Below are positions 7,950 to 20,079 of a stretch of 64,000 nt of DNA, one piece after another (position 1 is the first letter of the stretch; each line of letters starts with the position of its first letter). Both the position numbers and the translations under genes were made by a program. Where the stretch lies: NCBI GenBank assembly GCA_963837545.1, contig CAWINQ010000004.1, positions 44,838 through 108,837 on the forward strand. Direction: 5' to 3'. The notes beneath the pieces were generated by a model. The model had not been told where the DNA came from and made no database searches. It was given only the letters and a program-made list of their open reading frames with translations. Source of the stretch: an uncultured Actinomycetota bacterium. GTDB lineage: Bacteria; Actinomycetota; Actinomycetes; Mycobacteriales; QHCD01.

Positions 7950-8839
7950 CGGCCGGCCTCCGTCCGGCAGGCCTCGACCAGGGCGGGCAGGTGCGGGGAC
8001 GTCCTGCCCAGCGGTACGGCGAACAGCGTCCGGACGCCCAGCTCGGCCCCCGCGAACGGGACGTAGGCGATCCCCGGTGCCGGGGTGATCTCGGCCTGCG
8101 AGGCGTAGAACACCGTCCACGTCGGCGGTCCGGTGGCGATGGCGGCGAGGGTGTCCTGGTCGGTGGTGAACGTCGGTCCCAGTAGCGGTTCGAAGCCCTC
8201 GTCCCGGCAGGCACCGGTCACCAGGTCGACCAGCTGCGGATTGGCGTCGTGCGGCGCGATGCGCAATCCCAGGGGGGCGAGGTCGGCGAGCCGGACGACC
8301 GGCTCCGCGGCCAGCCGATGATGGGCCGGCAGCGCCGCGACCAGCCGGTCCTGCCACAGCGGGACGAGCCGGACACCTTCGGTCGTCGGTCCGTCCCGGA
8401 CGAAGGCCCCGTCGAGCTCACCGTCGCGGACCCGGCGGAGCCGCACCGCCCGCGGAGCACTCACCAGGTCGAGGATCACCTCCGGCGCCTCGACGGCGAA
8501 GACCGCGAGCACCCGCTGCAGCCGGGTACCGAGGCCGACCGACGTCCCGATGCGCAGCACGGCGGCCTTGCACAGCGCGGCCATGCCGTCGAGTGCCTCC
8601 CGTTCGGCATCGACGACGGCGACGGCACGGGGCAGGAACTCCCGGCCGGCGTGGGTCAGGGTGACCGTCCGGGTCCCCCGGTCGAAGAGGTCGACCCCGA
8701 GTTCCCGCTCCAGCCGCCGGACCTGCTGACTGACCGCCGACTGCACGATGTGCAACCGCTCGGCCGCCCGACCGAAGTGCAGCTCGTCGGCGACGGCAAG
8801 GAAATAGTGCAGCTGGCGAAGCTCCACGAGCGCCTCCAC
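7946..8839 (-). CDS. LysR family transcriptional regulator
   Basis: N-terminal HTH LRQLHYFLAVADELHFGRAAERLHIVQSAVSQQVRRLERELGVDLFDR. Divergent from the SDR gene. Confidence 0.9.
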   Translation of the reverse strand: MEALVELRQLHYFLAVADELHFGRAAERLHIVQSAVSQQVRRLERELGVDLFDRGTRTVTLTHAGREFLPRAVAVVDAEREALDGMAALCKAAVLRIGTSVGLGTRLQRVLAVFAVEAPEVILDLVSAPRAVRLRRVRDGELDGAFVRDGPTTEGVRLVPLWQDRLVAALPAHHRLAAEPVVRLADLAPLGLRIAPHDANPQLVDLVTGACRDEGFEPLLGPTFTTDQDTLAAIATGPPTWTVFYASQAEITPAPGIAYVPFAGAELGVRTLFAVPLGRTSPHLPALVEACRTEAGR

Positions 8840-8950
8840 CGATCAGGACTCGTGATCACTCTAGGCGCGAGCTGGCCCTTGGTCACCGCAGATCTGCGCG
8901 CTGGAATAGCCCCAGCGGCAGTTCGGCTGAGACGGGCAGGAGGAGGCATC

Positions 8951-9616
8951 GTGGCGGGAGCTCTGATCATCGGCGCGGGACCGGGACTCGGCGGGTCCAT
9001 CGCCCACCGCTTCGCGCGGGAGGGAATGCCGGTCTCGCTCGTCGCGCGGCGTTCGGCGACCGTCGACGCGGTGGCGCGGACCCTCGGCGGGTCGGGGGCG
9101 CCCGTCCTGCCGCTGACCGCGGACGTCGCGGACGAGGTGGGCCTGCGGTCCGCGCTCGACGCGGCCACCGGCACGTTCGGTAGTCCGTCCGCCCTCATCT
9201 ACAACACGGGCCTCATCAGGTCGGACGCTCCCGGAGAGCTCTCCCCGGACGAACACCGGCACGCGTGGACGGTGAACGTCCTGGGTGCCCTGACGGCCGC
9301 CACGCACCTCGCGCCGGCGATGGCCGACAACGGCGGCGGGAGCATCCTCATCACCGGGGGAATGCCGCAGGTCGACGCGCGCTACACCAGCCTCTCGCTC
9401 GGCAAGGCCGGGGTCCGGGCCCTGACGGCCGTGCTGCATCAGCAGTACGGACCTGCCGGCGTCCACGTCGCGACGGTGACCGTCTACGGGGCCATCGCTG
9501 CCGGCACCGGCTTCGACCCGGGCGACATCGCCGAGCACTACTGGCGCCTGCACACCCAACCCCGCGGCGAGTGGCAACTCGAAGTCGCCTACCGGGGTGC
9601 CGCGGCGACCTCCTAG
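8951..9616 (+). CDS. short-chain dehydrogenase/reductase (SDR) family protein
   Basis: GTG 8951 is preceded by AGGAGG at 8941-8946. Contains a Rossmann loop IIGAGPGLGGSIA. The ORF-track start at 8249 lies inside the LysR gene. Confidence 0.8.
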   Translation: MAGALIIGAGPGLGGSIAHRFAREGMPVSLVARRSATVDAVARTLGGSGAPVLPLTADVADEVGLRSALDAATGTFGSPSALIYNTGLIRSDAPGELSPDEHRHAWTVNVLGALTAATHLAPAMADNGGGSILITGGMPQVDARYTSLSLGKAGVRALTAVLHQQYGPAGVHVATVTVYGAIAAGTGFDPGDIAEHYWRLHTQPRGEWQLEVAYRGAAATS

Positions 9617-10077
9617 TTGTTGATCTCCTCCGCGGCAAGTGCCTCGAGGACCGGGAGTGCGGTGACGAGCTGCGCGCGCTGGCTGTCGGTCAGGCCGGCG
9701 ACCCGGTTGGCGAGGTAGGCGGTCCGGTCGCGGCGCAACGACTCGAGCAGGTCGTGGCCGGCCGCACTGATGCCCACCCGGGAGGATCGCCGGTCGTCGG
9801 GATCCGGCTTGCGCTCGAGGTACCCGAGCTGGTCGAGGGCCGCGACCACCCGGGTCATCGTCGGAGCGGCCACACCCTCGCGGCAGGCGAGGTCACCGAT
9901 GCGCAGCGGGCCGAACTTCTCGACCGTCGCGAGCGCGGACACCTGACTCGAGGTCGGTCCCACCCCGCCGTGGACCCGCATCCGGCGACCGATCCGGTTG
10001 ATCGCCAGCCTCAGCCGGGCGATCGTCTCCAGGTCGATGCCTGGCTCGAGGGAGGAGCGGACCGTCGAACTCGGCAC
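9613..10077 (-). CDS. MarR family transcriptional regulator
   Basis: Winged-helix region LRIGDLACREGVAAPTMTRVVAALDQLGYLERKPDPDDRRSSRV. GTG 10077 is preceded by AGGAGG. Confidence 0.8.
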   Translation of the reverse strand: MPSSTVRSSLEPGIDLETIARLRLAINRIGRRMRVHGGVGPTSSQVSALATVEKFGPLRIGDLACREGVAAPTMTRVVAALDQLGYLERKPDPDDRRSSRVGISAAGHDLLESLRRDRTAYLANRVAGLTDSQRAQLVTALPVLEALAAEEINN

Positions 10078-10184
10078 GGTTCTGTCCTCCTGCTCGCGGG
10101 TGTCGGCGGCGACACGGTGATGACGATAGCAACAGTGCACCACCCGCGAGCCGCAACGCAGCAGGGGTCACCCCGTCGGCAGAG

Positions 10185-10520
10185 TCATCGTGCACCAGAC
10201 CATGACAACGCCGAGACGGCGGTTCGCTCGACCGTGAGAATCCGGTCGAGGCGGGTGAGCAACAGGATGCGGACGACCCGTGGCGGCGGATCGCGGAGCA
10301 CCAGCCGGCGACCGACCAGACCGGCGCGCCGGTGGGTGCCCACGAGCACTCCGAGACCGGTCGCGTCGATCAACTCGAGGTCACCCATGTCCACGACGAG
10401 CGCGCCTTCACCGTCGGCGACGGCACGGTGCAAGGCATCCCGCGCCGTCGCGGACCCGGTCACATCCAACCTGCCCGCCAGCTCCACCAGCTGGCCCGGA
10501 CACACGGTCGTGGCATGCAT
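10185..10520 (-). CDS. STAS domain protein (anti-sigma-factor antagonist-like)
   Basis: 111 aa. LVELAGRLDVTGSATARDAL...VVDMGDLELIDATGLGVLV is a SpoIIAA-like pattern. No partner kinase or anti-sigma gene is nearby. Confidence 0.7.
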   Translation of the reverse strand: MHATTVCPGQLVELAGRLDVTGSATARDALHRAVADGEGALVVDMGDLELIDATGLGVLVGTHRRAGLVGRRLVLRDPPPRVVRILLLTRLDRILTVERTAVSALSWSGAR

Positions 10521-10631
10521 CGAACTCCCGCTTCACTCGGCCCCCGCGGTGCTCCTCTTCTAGGAGAGACGTATGAGGTGCCTGATACGTTGCCTCGTGC
10601 GCAAAATCGCCACCGGTGCGACACTCCACCC

Positions 10632-10955
10632 GTGGCGATAGCGGCGACCGATACCCCGGCCGCCCTCGATCCGGTGATCGCGCTGGTCGTCGTCGGGCTG
10701 CTCGCCATCGTGCTGCGCTGGACCTTCGGTTCCCGACGGACGGGGTTGATCCGATCGGGCAGGTCGGGCGACACCGGTCTGCTGCGGCCGGTGGCGGTGG
10801 TCGAGACGAGAGCGCAGGCCAACGCCCTGCGCGCCCTGCTCTCCGACGCCAACGTCCGGTCGACCCTCGACACCGGCCCCGACGGCCGGATCCGGCTGCT
10901 CGTCTTCGCCGAGGACGCCGACCGCGCCCAGGGCGTGGTACCCCCGACGCTCTAG
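10632..10955 (+). CDS. small hypothetical membrane protein
   Basis: C-terminal part of ORF 10332..10955. One hydrophobic helix ([14 protein letters not shown]). The start guess is GTG 10632. Its stop overlaps the murA stop in a shared CTAG. Confidence 0.4.
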   Translation: MAIAATDTPAALDPVIALVVVGLLAIVLRWTFGSRRTGLIRSGRSGDTGLLRPVAVVETRAQANALRALLSDANVRSTLDTGPDGRIRLLVFAEDADRAQGVVPPTL

Positions 10956-12220
10956 AGTTGGTCGTCGCGCAGGTCGATCCGCTCGACGTCGGCGCCGAGA
11001 GCGCGCAGATGCCCGGCGAAGCCCGCGTAGCCCCGGTCGATGTGCTTGATCTCCGCCACCGTCGTCACGCCGTCGGCGACGAGTCCGGCCAGCACCAGAG
11101 CGGCACCGGCCCGGATGTCGGTCGCGCGGACGGGCGCCCCGGACAGGCGCGGCCGGCCGCGGATCACGGCGTGGTGTCCGTCGGTGCGGACGTCCGCACC
11201 GAGCCGGGACAGCTCGTCGATGAACATGAACCGGCCCTCGAAGATGTTCTCGGTGACCATCGCGGCGCCCTCGGACACGGCCGCCAGTGCGATGACGGCC
11301 GGCTGCAGGTCGGTCGGGAAGCCCGGGTAGGGCAGGGTGACGACGTCGATCGCCGTGGGCCGGCGGTCCATCCGCACCCGGAACCCGTCCGGCACGACCT
11401 CGACGGAGGCACCCGCGGTCGTCAGCTTGTCGAGCGTGATCTCCAGGTGCTCGGCCACCGAATGGCGCACGACGACATCACCCTGGGTCATCGTGGCGGC
11501 GATCGCCCAGGTGCCGGCGACGATGCGGTCGGGCACGGTGTGATGGACGACGGGAGCCAGCGCATCGACCCCGTCGACGACCAGCGTCGAGGTGCCGGCG
11601 CCGGAGATCTGGGCGCCCATCGCCTGCAGCATGGCGGCGATGTCGACGATTTCCGGCTCTCGCGCGGCGTTGTCGATCACGGTCGTGCCCTTGGCCAGTA
11701 CGGCGGCCATCAGCAGGTTCTCGGTGGCGCCGACGCTCGGGAAGTCCAGCCAGATGGTGGCACCGGTCAGTTGGCCGGCCGAGGCGACCAGGAATCCGTG
11801 CTCGTTCGTGACCACGGCGCCGAGCCGCTCGAGCCCGGCGATGTGCATGTCGAGCCCGCGGGAGCCGATGTTGTCACCGCCGGGCAGGGCGACCTTGGCC
11901 TCACCGCACCGGGCGACCAGCGGCCCGAGCACGCAGATCGAGGCCCGCAGCCGGCGGACCAGGTCGTAGTCGGCCTCGCTGTTCGGCCGGGCCGGAACGC
12001 TGATCGAGAGCCGGTCCGCCGTGGAGTCGACGTCGCAGCCCAGCCGCCGCAGCACCTCCGTCATGATCGCCACGTCGACGATGTCGGGCACGGCGGTCAG
12101 GGTGGTGGTGCCCTCGGCGAGCAGCGCGGCGGCCATCAGCTTGAGCACGCTGTTCTTCGCACCGGTCACCGGCACCTCGCCGGCCAGCCGGGCTCCACCG
12201 GACACTCGGAACTGGGGCAC
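10952..12220 (-). CDS. murA: UDP-N-acetylglucosamine 1-carboxyvinyltransferase
   Basis: [34 protein letters not shown]...[20 protein letters not shown] 12220 gives 422 aa. The ORF-track extension to 12871 is an artefact. Confidence 0.92.
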   Translation of the reverse strand: MPQFRVSGGARLAGEVPVTGAKNSVLKLMAAALLAEGTTTLTAVPDIVDVAIMTEVLRRLGCDVDSTADRLSISVPARPNSEADYDLVRRLRASICVLGPLVARCGEAKVALPGGDNIGSRGLDMHIAGLERLGAVVTNEHGFLVASAGQLTGATIWLDFPSVGATENLLMAAVLAKGTTVIDNAAREPEIVDIAAMLQAMGAQISGAGTSTLVVDGVDALAPVVHHTVPDRIVAGTWAIAATMTQGDVVVRHSVAEHLEITLDKLTTAGASVEVVPDGFRVRMDRRPTAIDVVTLPYPGFPTDLQPAVIALAAVSEGAAMVTENIFEGRFMFIDELSRLGADVRTDGHHAVIRGRPRLSGAPVRATDIRAGAALVLAGLVADGVTTVAEIKHIDRGYAGFAGHLRALGADVERIDLRDDQL

Positions 12221-12301
12221 CGAGACATCGTACGGACTGTCCGGACGCGCTCCGCACGGCCACGCCGGGAGCACCCGGTCGGGGCGCCGTAGGGTGGCGC
12301 C

Positions 12302-12874
12302 ATGGCCGTCCACTTGACCCGCATCTATACCAAGACCGGCGACGACGGGACGACGGCACTCGGCGACTTCAGCCGGGTCCGCAAGACCGATCCCCGGCTC
12401 GTCGCCTACGCCGACGTCGACGAGACCAACGCCGCGGTGGGTGCCGCGGTCGCGCTCGGCGCGCTGCCCGAGGACGTGCGCGCCGAGCTGCAGCGGGTGC
12501 AGAACGACCTGTTCGACGTCGGGGCCGACCTGTGCGCCCCGCTGGACGCGGAATCGACCCAGTCCCGCCTGCGGATCACGTCCGGCTACGTCGACCGCCT
12601 CGAGGCGGCGTGCGACGAGTTCAACGACCGGTTGGCGGCGCTGGACAGCTTCATCCTTCCCGGCGGCACCCCCGGAGCGGCGCTCCTGCATGTCGCGCGG
12701 ACCGTCGCCCGGCGGGCCGAGCGCAGCGCGTGGGCCCTGGTGGAGGCCGACCCGGAGCGCACCAACGCCCTCACCGGGCGCTACCTCAACCGGCTCTCCG
12801 ACCTGCTGTTCGTGCTGGCGCGGGCCGCCAACCCCGACGGTGACGTCCTGTGGCAGCCCGGTGGCGACCACTGA
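12302..12874 (+). CDS. cob(I)yrinic acid a,c-diamide / cob(I)alamin adenosyltransferase, PduO type
   Basis: [47 protein letters not shown] is the characteristic PduO-type N-terminus. Confidence 0.9.
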   Translation: MAVHLTRIYTKTGDDGTTALGDFSRVRKTDPRLVAYADVDETNAAVGAAVALGALPEDVRAELQRVQNDLFDVGADLCAPLDAESTQSRLRITSGYVDRLEAACDEFNDRLAALDSFILPGGTPGAALLHVARTVARRAERSAWALVEADPERTNALTGRYLNRLSDLLFVLARAANPDGDVLWQPGGDH

Positions 12875-12889
12875 GGCTGACGCCGGGCC

Positions 12890-13330
12890 TCAGCCGAGGG
12901 CGAATCCGGGCATCGTGAAGCCCGGCGGGGAGGACTCCAGCCAGGAGAGGAAGCCGGTCACCGCGTCCTCGCTCATCGCCAGCTGGACCGCGTCGGGCCC
13001 GCTGCGACACTCGATGATGACAGCGCCGGACTGCACCGCCCAGGATTCGGCGCCGGACGGGATGCGTTGGCGGGACACCTGCAGGGCCGGGCGGGACAGC
13101 ACCCGGGCGGGGCGGGGCGAGAAGGTGAAGACCCGGAACCACTGCAGCTCGTCGCCGGCGTAGCGGCCCACGCCGAGGGCCCAGCCACGCCCGACCGTTC
13201 CGGTCCGGGTCCGCAGGCTCATGTCGACCGCGCCGCCGCCGCGCAGCAGGAAGCGGCGGCGCAGGACGAAGGCGCCGAGCGTGCCGGCGGCGAGAGCGAG
13301 CACGAGGGCGACGATCTCGATCAGCTCCAC
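12890..13330 (-). CDS. DUF2550 family membrane protein (Rv1312-like, follows atpC in actinobacteria)
   Basis: 146 aa with an N-terminal TM helix. Contains GRYAGDELQWFRVFTFSPRP. Sits immediately downstream of atpC. Confidence 0.8.
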   Translation of the reverse strand: MELIEIVALVLALAAGTLGAFVLRRRFLLRGGGAVDMSLRTRTGTVGRGWALGVGRYAGDELQWFRVFTFSPRPARVLSRPALQVSRQRIPSGAESWAVQSGAVIIECRSGPDAVQLAMSEDAVTGFLSWLESSPPGFTMPGFALG

Positions 13331-13369
13331 GCCGCTCTCGCCCCTCCGTCCCTCACTGCGGAGCGCGTC

Positions 13370-13759
13370 TTAGACGGCCTGTCCCGCGGCGCGCAGCCGG
13401 GACAACGCGCGGGCCTCGGCGTCTTTCGCGTCGGGGTCGTCACCGCCGGACCGGGCGCGCTCGAGCGCCGCCTCGGCCCGCGATACGTCGATCTCGTCGG
13501 AGAGCTCCGCCATCTCGGCCAGGATGGACACGCCGTCGGACGTCACCGAGAGGAATCCGCCGTGCGCCGCGACGACCAGTTCCTCGTCGTTGTCCTGCCG
13601 GATGCGCACCACGCCTCCGGGGGCGAGCTCACCGAGCAGCGGAATGTGGCCGGGAAGCACCCCGAGTTCGCCCTCGGTGGTGCGGGCCAGCACCATCGTC
13701 GCGTCACCCGACCAGATCGGGCGCTCGACGGCGACGAGCTCGACGTGCAGTGTGGCCAC
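13370..13759 (-). CDS. atpC: F1 ATP synthase subunit epsilon
   Basis: [48 protein letters not shown] 13759 lies 5 nt after GAAGGAG. Confidence 0.9.
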   Translation of the reverse strand: MATLHVELVAVERPIWSGDATMVLARTTEGELGVLPGHIPLLGELAPGGVVRIRQDNDEELVVAAHGGFLSVTSDGVSILAEMAELSDEIDVSRAEAALERARSGGDDPDAKDAEARALSRLRAAGQAV

Positions 13760-13992
13760 CAACGCTCCTTCGACGTGCAAGTGGTTTCCGCAGTGTATCG
13801 ATCGGGTCGCGCGTCCTTCATACGGCCTCGGCGACCCGGGGGCTAGCCGTGGTGGGCGGCCCAGATCGCCACGACGACGATCACGAGGACGGTCCCGGCG
13901 AAGCCGACCAGCACCATCCAGCCCTGCCGTCCCTGGCCGGGACGCTGCGGATCGATCGGCACGCGTCCGAGGGTACGACGCCCGTGCGGCGG

Positions 13993-15813
13993 TCAGTGCC
14001 GCCGGTAGCCGATCCCGAAGCCGCGCGGGTACAGCGGGCCGCTCCCGTCGGCGCGCGGCACCGTGACAGGCAGCCGGCCGGTCGGGTTGGCCCCCACGAG
14101 GGTGTCGACCAGGGCGGTCAGCGAGGGCCGCTGGTAGCCGTAGGCGGCGAGGTAGGTCGGGGTGTCCGGGACGTAGGCGATGTCGTACGGCCCGCCCAGG
14201 GCGGCGACCACGACCGGCGTGCCGGAGCCGAGCAGCGCGGCGACCAGCCGCTGCTGGCCGACGTCACCCCACCCGTTGTAGGTGGTGACCACCACGACGT
14301 CGTTCTGCTTGGCGGCCGCGACCGCCGCGTCGATCGCCGACCGGCTCGGGTTCGCCCCGAGGTACGCCGAGTTGTAGTAGGCCTGCGCGGTCAGCCCCTT
14401 GGCGTTCAGGTCGGCGGCGACCGTCCCGGTCGACGTCGCCCCCCAGCCGGTGACCAGCACGTGCTTCCCGGGCGCCGGCGCGATCGGGAGGGTGCCCGCG
14501 GCGTTCTTGACCAGCGTCACCGAACGCCGGGAGATCCGCGCCATCGTCGCGAGGTGTGCCGGCGTCCCGACCGTGGCGTCGACCGCCGCCGAGGTGGTGT
14601 AGGGGTTGTCGAAGAGGCCGAGCTGGAACTTCATCCGCAGGATCCGGAAGACCGACCGGTCGATCCGGGCGGTGCTGATGGTCCCGTCCTGCACGGCGCC
14701 GATCACCGCCTGCACCGCGCTGGGCAGCTTCGGCGGCATGAGCAGCTCGTCGTCGCCGGCGTTCACCGCGTCGAGTGCCACCTGGTCCGGCGGAATGCCG
14801 GCGAGCGCACCGGCACCGAGTGAGTCGGTGACCACCACGCCGTTGTAGTCGAGGGTGTGGCGGAGCAGCCCGGTGACGATCGGCTTGGACAGGCTGGCCG
14901 GCGTCCCGGACGGGTCGAGCGCGGGGGCCACGATGTGTGCTGCCATGATCGACTTCACCCCGGCCCTGATCGCCGCGCGGAACGGCGGGATGTCGGTCGC
15001 CATGATCTGGGCCCGCGTCTCGTGGGTGATCGCCACACCGTTGTCGGTGTTGACGGTGGTGTCCCCGAGCCCGGGGAAGTGTTTGGCCTGCGCAGCGACG
15101 CCGGACCGCTGGTAACCGGCGACCGCGGCGGCGGCGAAGCGGGACACCGTCGTCGGGTCATCGCCGAACGAGCGCGGGCCGTCGGCGGCGTTCTTCGGGT
15201 TGGTGTTGACGTCGACCACCGGGGCGTCGTCGACCGAGATCCCCTGGGCCCGCAGTTCGGCACCGGTGACCGACGCGGCGGCTCCGGCGTTGCCCGGATC
15301 GCCGGTCGCCCCGATCGCCATGTTGCCGGGCGACACCGCCCCGGGCGAGCCGATGCGGGTGACGATGCCGCCCTCCTGGTCGGTACTGATCTGCAGCGGC
15401 ACCGCCGGCGACCCGGACAGCGCCGCGCTCTGCAGGCCGTTGGAGAGGGCCGCGGTCTGCTGTGGGCTCTTCAGGCTGTCCGTCCAGGCGAAATAGATCA
15501 CCCCGCCGAGGTGGTACCTGGCGACCAGTTGCGCGCCGTTGTCGACGTCGTCGCCGTAGAGGGCATGGTTGGCCGCGACGTAGGACGGTGCCTCGGTGGT
15601 CGCGGTGTCGCCGTAGGCGTAGCTGACGAACATCTGGCCGACCTTCTCCGGCAAGGTCATGCGGCTCATCACCGCCCGGACCCGGGCGTCCAGTCCGGGT
15701 CTCGTCGCACCGGCGGCCGGCGCCGCGTCCGCAGGGACGACCGCCGCCGCGACACAGGCCGCGGCGGCGGTGGTGGCGAGCAGGGCGGATCCGGTCAGGC
15801 GACGAGCGGTCAC
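13993..15813 (-). CDS. glycoside hydrolase family 3 protein (NagZ/LpqI-like beta-N-acetylhexosaminidase or beta-glucosidase), exported
   Basis: [11 protein letters not shown] and [16 protein letters not shown] are GH3 motifs. The signal-like N-terminus [20 protein letters not shown] may carry a lipobox. GTG 15813 follows GGGAG. Confidence 0.85.
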   Translation of the reverse strand: MTARRLTGSALLATTAAAACVAAAVVPADAAPAAGATRPGLDARVRAVMSRMTLPEKVGQMFVSYAYGDTATTEAPSYVAANHALYGDDVDNGAQLVARYHLGGVIYFAWTDSLKSPQQTAALSNGLQSAALSGSPAVPLQISTDQEGGIVTRIGSPGAVSPGNMAIGATGDPGNAGAAASVTGAELRAQGISVDDAPVVDVNTNPKNAADGPRSFGDDPTTVSRFAAAAVAGYQRSGVAAQAKHFPGLGDTTVNTDNGVAITHETRAQIMATDIPPFRAAIRAGVKSIMAAHIVAPALDPSGTPASLSKPIVTGLLRHTLDYNGVVVTDSLGAGALAGIPPDQVALDAVNAGDDELLMPPKLPSAVQAVIGAVQDGTISTARIDRSVFRILRMKFQLGLFDNPYTTSAAVDATVGTPAHLATMARISRRSVTLVKNAAGTLPIAPAPGKHVLVTGWGATSTGTVAADLNAKGLTAQAYYNSAYLGANPSRSAIDAAVAAAKQNDVVVVTTYNGWGDVGQQRLVAALLGSGTPVVVAALGGPYDIAYVPDTPTYLAAYGYQRPSLTALVDTLVGANPTGRLPVTVPRADGSGPLYPRGFGIGYRRH

Positions 15814-15926
15814 GCGAACTCCCAGAGGCCGAGTGTGGCGAAATAACCGTTCCGAGCCGAAGATCGGAAAGGATTCCACCCCAGCCGGAGCGTCCTGTCA
15901 ACGCCCTCTCTGGGACCCTCTGGGCG

Positions 15927-17414
<1,488 letters not shown>

Positions 17415-18341
17415 TCAGGCGGACGCGGCGAGCGCGTCGGCGCCGCCCACGATCTCGCTGATCTCCTGGGTGATCTGGGCCTGGCGAGCCTGGTTGGCCT
17501 CACGGGTCAGCGTCTCGACCAGCTCGTCGGCGTTGTCGCTCGCCGACTTCATCGCCCGCTGCCGGGCGGCCGACTCCGACGCCGCGGCCTCCAGCAGCGC
17601 AGAGTAGAGCCGGGTGGTGACGTATTTCGGCAGCATCGCGTCGAGGAGCGCCTCGGGCTCCGGCTCGAACTCGTACTGCGGCAAGGCTCCCTCCGGCGGG
17701 GCCTCCTCGGACTCCTCCACCACCATCGGCGCGATCCGCGTGGCCACCGGCTCCTGGGTCACCATCGAACGGAACTCGGTGTAGACGATGTGGATCTCGT
17801 CCACGCCCTCGATCTCGTCGCCGCCAGGGCCCTCGGCGGTGTCGTCCGCGCCGGCCTCGAACGCCCTGATCAAGGTCTGGCTCGCCTCGCGGGCGTCGGT
17901 GTAGCGCGGCTGCTCGGAGAATCCGGTCCACTCCGCCACGATCGGACGGTCCCGGAACCGGTAGTAGCCGACGCCCTTGCGGCCGATCACGTAGAGCCGG
18001 GACTCCTTGCCCTCGTCCCTGAGCAGGGCCTGCAACTCCTCCGCCTGCCGGATCGCGTTGGCGCTGTAGCCACCGGCCAGGCCGCGATCGCTGGTGACCA
18101 GCAGCACGGCCGCGCGTTTGGGCTCGGGCCGCTCCACCAGCAGCGGATGGTCCACCGACGCGTTGCTGGCCAGGGCGGTGAGCGCCCGGGTGATCTCGTC
18201 GGCGTAGGGCCGGCTGTCCTCGACCCGGGCCCGCGCCTTGGCGATCCGCGACGCCGCGATGAGCTCCATCGCCTTGGTGATCTTCTTGGTCGACTGGATC
18301 GACCGGATCTGCTGCCGGTAGACGCGAAGGCTGGTCGCCAT
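17415..18341 (-). CDS. atpG: F1 ATP synthase subunit gamma
   Basis: [32 protein letters not shown] is the typical gamma N-terminus. Confidence 0.95.
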   Translation of the reverse strand: MATSLRVYRQQIRSIQSTKKITKAMELIAASRIAKARARVEDSRPYADEITRALTALASNASVDHPLLVERPEPKRAAVLLVTSDRGLAGGYSANAIRQAEELQALLRDEGKESRLYVIGRKGVGYYRFRDRPIVAEWTGFSEQPRYTDAREASQTLIRAFEAGADDTAEGPGGDEIEGVDEIHIVYTEFRSMVTQEPVATRIAPMVVEESEEAPPEGALPQYEFEPEPEALLDAMLPKYVTTRLYSALLEAAASESAARQRAMKSASDNADELVETLTREANQARQAQITQEISEIVGGADALAASA

Positions 18342-18344
18342 CGG

Positions 18345-19994
18345 TCAGTCCTTCTTCTCGGGCTTCGGCTGCCGGTAGCGGGTGACCTTCTCCTGGCCGA
18401 CCTCGGACTCGTCCATGGCCTCGGCCTCCTCGTGCCCGAGGACCGAGCCGTCGGAGGTCTCGAACCCGTCCCGGAAGTTCGTGATCGCCTCCTTGAGGAG
18501 GGTCTCGTTCTCCTCGTCGAGCTTGCCGGTGTCCCTGATCGAGCGGTAGACGTCCTCGTGCTGGCGCCCGACGTAGTCGAGGAACTCGTCCTCGAACTTC
18601 CGGACGTCGGCGACCGGCACGTCGTCGAGCTGCCCGGTGGTCCCCGCCCAGATCGCCACGACCTGCCGCTCGACCGGCATCGGGGAGAACTGCGGCTGCT
18701 TGAGCAGTTCGTAGATCCGCTCACCACGGGCGAGCTGGGCCTTGGATGCGGCGTCCAGGTCGGAGCCGAAGGACGCGAAGGCCTCCAGGTCGCCGTACTG
18801 CGCGAGGTCGATCCGCATTGTTCCGGAGATGCTCTTCATCGCCCGGATCTGCGCGCTTCCGCCGACCCGGGAGACCGAGTTTCCGACGTCGATCGCCGGT
18901 CGTTGCCCGGAGTTGAACAGGTCGGGGTCGAAGTAGATCTGGCCGTCGGTGATCGAGATGACGTTGGTCGGGATGTAGGCCGAGATGTCGTTGGCCTTGG
19001 TCTCGATGATCGGCAGGCCGGTGAGCGAGCCGCTGCCGAGCTCGTCGGAGAGCTTCGCGCAGCGCTCGAGCAGCCGGGAGTGCAGGTAGAAGACGTCACC
19101 GGGGTAGGCCTCGCGGCCCGGCGGGCGGCGCAGCAGCAGGGACACGGCGCGGTAGGCCTCGGCCTGCTTGGTCAGGTCGTCGAAGATGATCAGAGCGTGC
19201 TGGCCCTGGTACATCCAGTGCTGGCCGAGCGCCGAGCCGGTGTAGGGCGCCATGTACTTGAAGCCCGGCGGGTCGGAGGCCGGCGCCGCCACGATGGTCG
19301 TGTAGTCCATCGCGCCGTGCTCCTCGAGCGCGGACCGGACCGTGGCGATGGTCGAGGCCTTCTGCCCGATGGCGACGTAGATGCACTTGACCTGCCGCGC
19401 GGGGTCGCCGGACTCCCAGTTCTCACGCTGGTTGATGATCGTGTCGACCGCGATCGCCGTCTTCCCGGTCTGCCGGTCGCCGATGATCAGCTGCCGCTGG
19501 CCGCGCCCGATGGGGGTCATCGCGTCGATGGCCTTCAGGCCGGTCTGCATCGGCTCCTTCACCGGCTGCCGCTCGACGACCGAGGGTGCCTGCGTCTCCA
19601 GCGGGCGGCGTTCGGTGGTCTTGAGCTCCCCCTGCCCGTCGAGCGGGTGGCCCAGCGGGTCGACGACCCGGCCGAGGTAGGCGTCGCCGACCGGCACCGA
19701 GAGCACCTCGCCGGTCCGCTTGACCGGCTGCCCCTCCTCGATCTTGCTGCCGTCACCCAGGAGGATCACGCCGATGTCGCGGACGTCGAGGTTGAGCGCG
19801 AGCCCGAGGACGCCGCCCTCGAACTCCAGCAGCTCGTTGGCCATCGCCGAGGGCAGGCCCTCGACGTGCGCGATCCCGTCGCCGGTGTCGGTCACCGTCC
19901 CGACCTCTTCGCGGGAGATCTCCGGCGAGTAGGAGGACACGTAGTTCTCGATCGCGCTCCGAATCTCTTCGGAGGAGATCGTCAGCTCCGCCAT
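18345..19994 (-). CDS. atpA: F1 ATP synthase subunit alpha
   Basis: 549 aa. Walker A GDRQTGKT and conserved alpha-subunit sequence throughout. Confidence 0.97.
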   Translation of the reverse strand: MAELTISSEEIRSAIENYVSSYSPEISREEVGTVTDTGDGIAHVEGLPSAMANELLEFEGGVLGLALNLDVRDIGVILLGDGSKIEEGQPVKRTGEVLSVPVGDAYLGRVVDPLGHPLDGQGELKTTERRPLETQAPSVVERQPVKEPMQTGLKAIDAMTPIGRGQRQLIIGDRQTGKTAIAVDTIINQRENWESGDPARQVKCIYVAIGQKASTIATVRSALEEHGAMDYTTIVAAPASDPPGFKYMAPYTGSALGQHWMYQGQHALIIFDDLTKQAEAYRAVSLLLRRPPGREAYPGDVFYLHSRLLERCAKLSDELGSGSLTGLPIIETKANDISAYIPTNVISITDGQIYFDPDLFNSGQRPAIDVGNSVSRVGGSAQIRAMKSISGTMRIDLAQYGDLEAFASFGSDLDAASKAQLARGERIYELLKQPQFSPMPVERQVVAIWAGTTGQLDDVPVADVRKFEDEFLDYVGRQHEDVYRSIRDTGKLDEENETLLKEAITNFRDGFETSDGSVLGHEEAEAMDESEVGQEKVTRYRQPKPEKKD

Positions 19995-20079
19995 GGGGGT
20001 CTCGTCTCTGCTCTCGTGGTGGGTGCGGTAATCGTCATCAGGCCCTGGATGTCAATACTGTGGTCGGGACCGTCGCCGG

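Noticed and set aside
7134-8357. 407-aa version of the crotonase ORF, and other long N-terminal extensions (murA to 12871, tsaC to 27050, prmC to 27523, nucS to 6989, argS to 37896, pcd from 45356).
   Set aside because: The extensions overlap neighbouring genuine genes or run through intergenic repeats. Internal starts reproduce the family N-termini and often show ATGA/GTGA coupling or a Shine-Dalgarno.
9613-9616. Convergent gene pairs sharing a palindromic CTAG as overlapping stop codons (SDR/MarR at 9613-9616 and small membrane ORF/murA at 10952-10955).
   Set aside because: This is real in the sequence. However, it is explained by TAG stops on both strands, and I see no evidence of function beyond compact packing.
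10185-10520. STAS protein as part of a partner-switching module.
   Set aside because: No anti-sigma kinase, PP2C phosphatase or sigma factor gene lies within the window. An orphan antagonist alone does not define a system.
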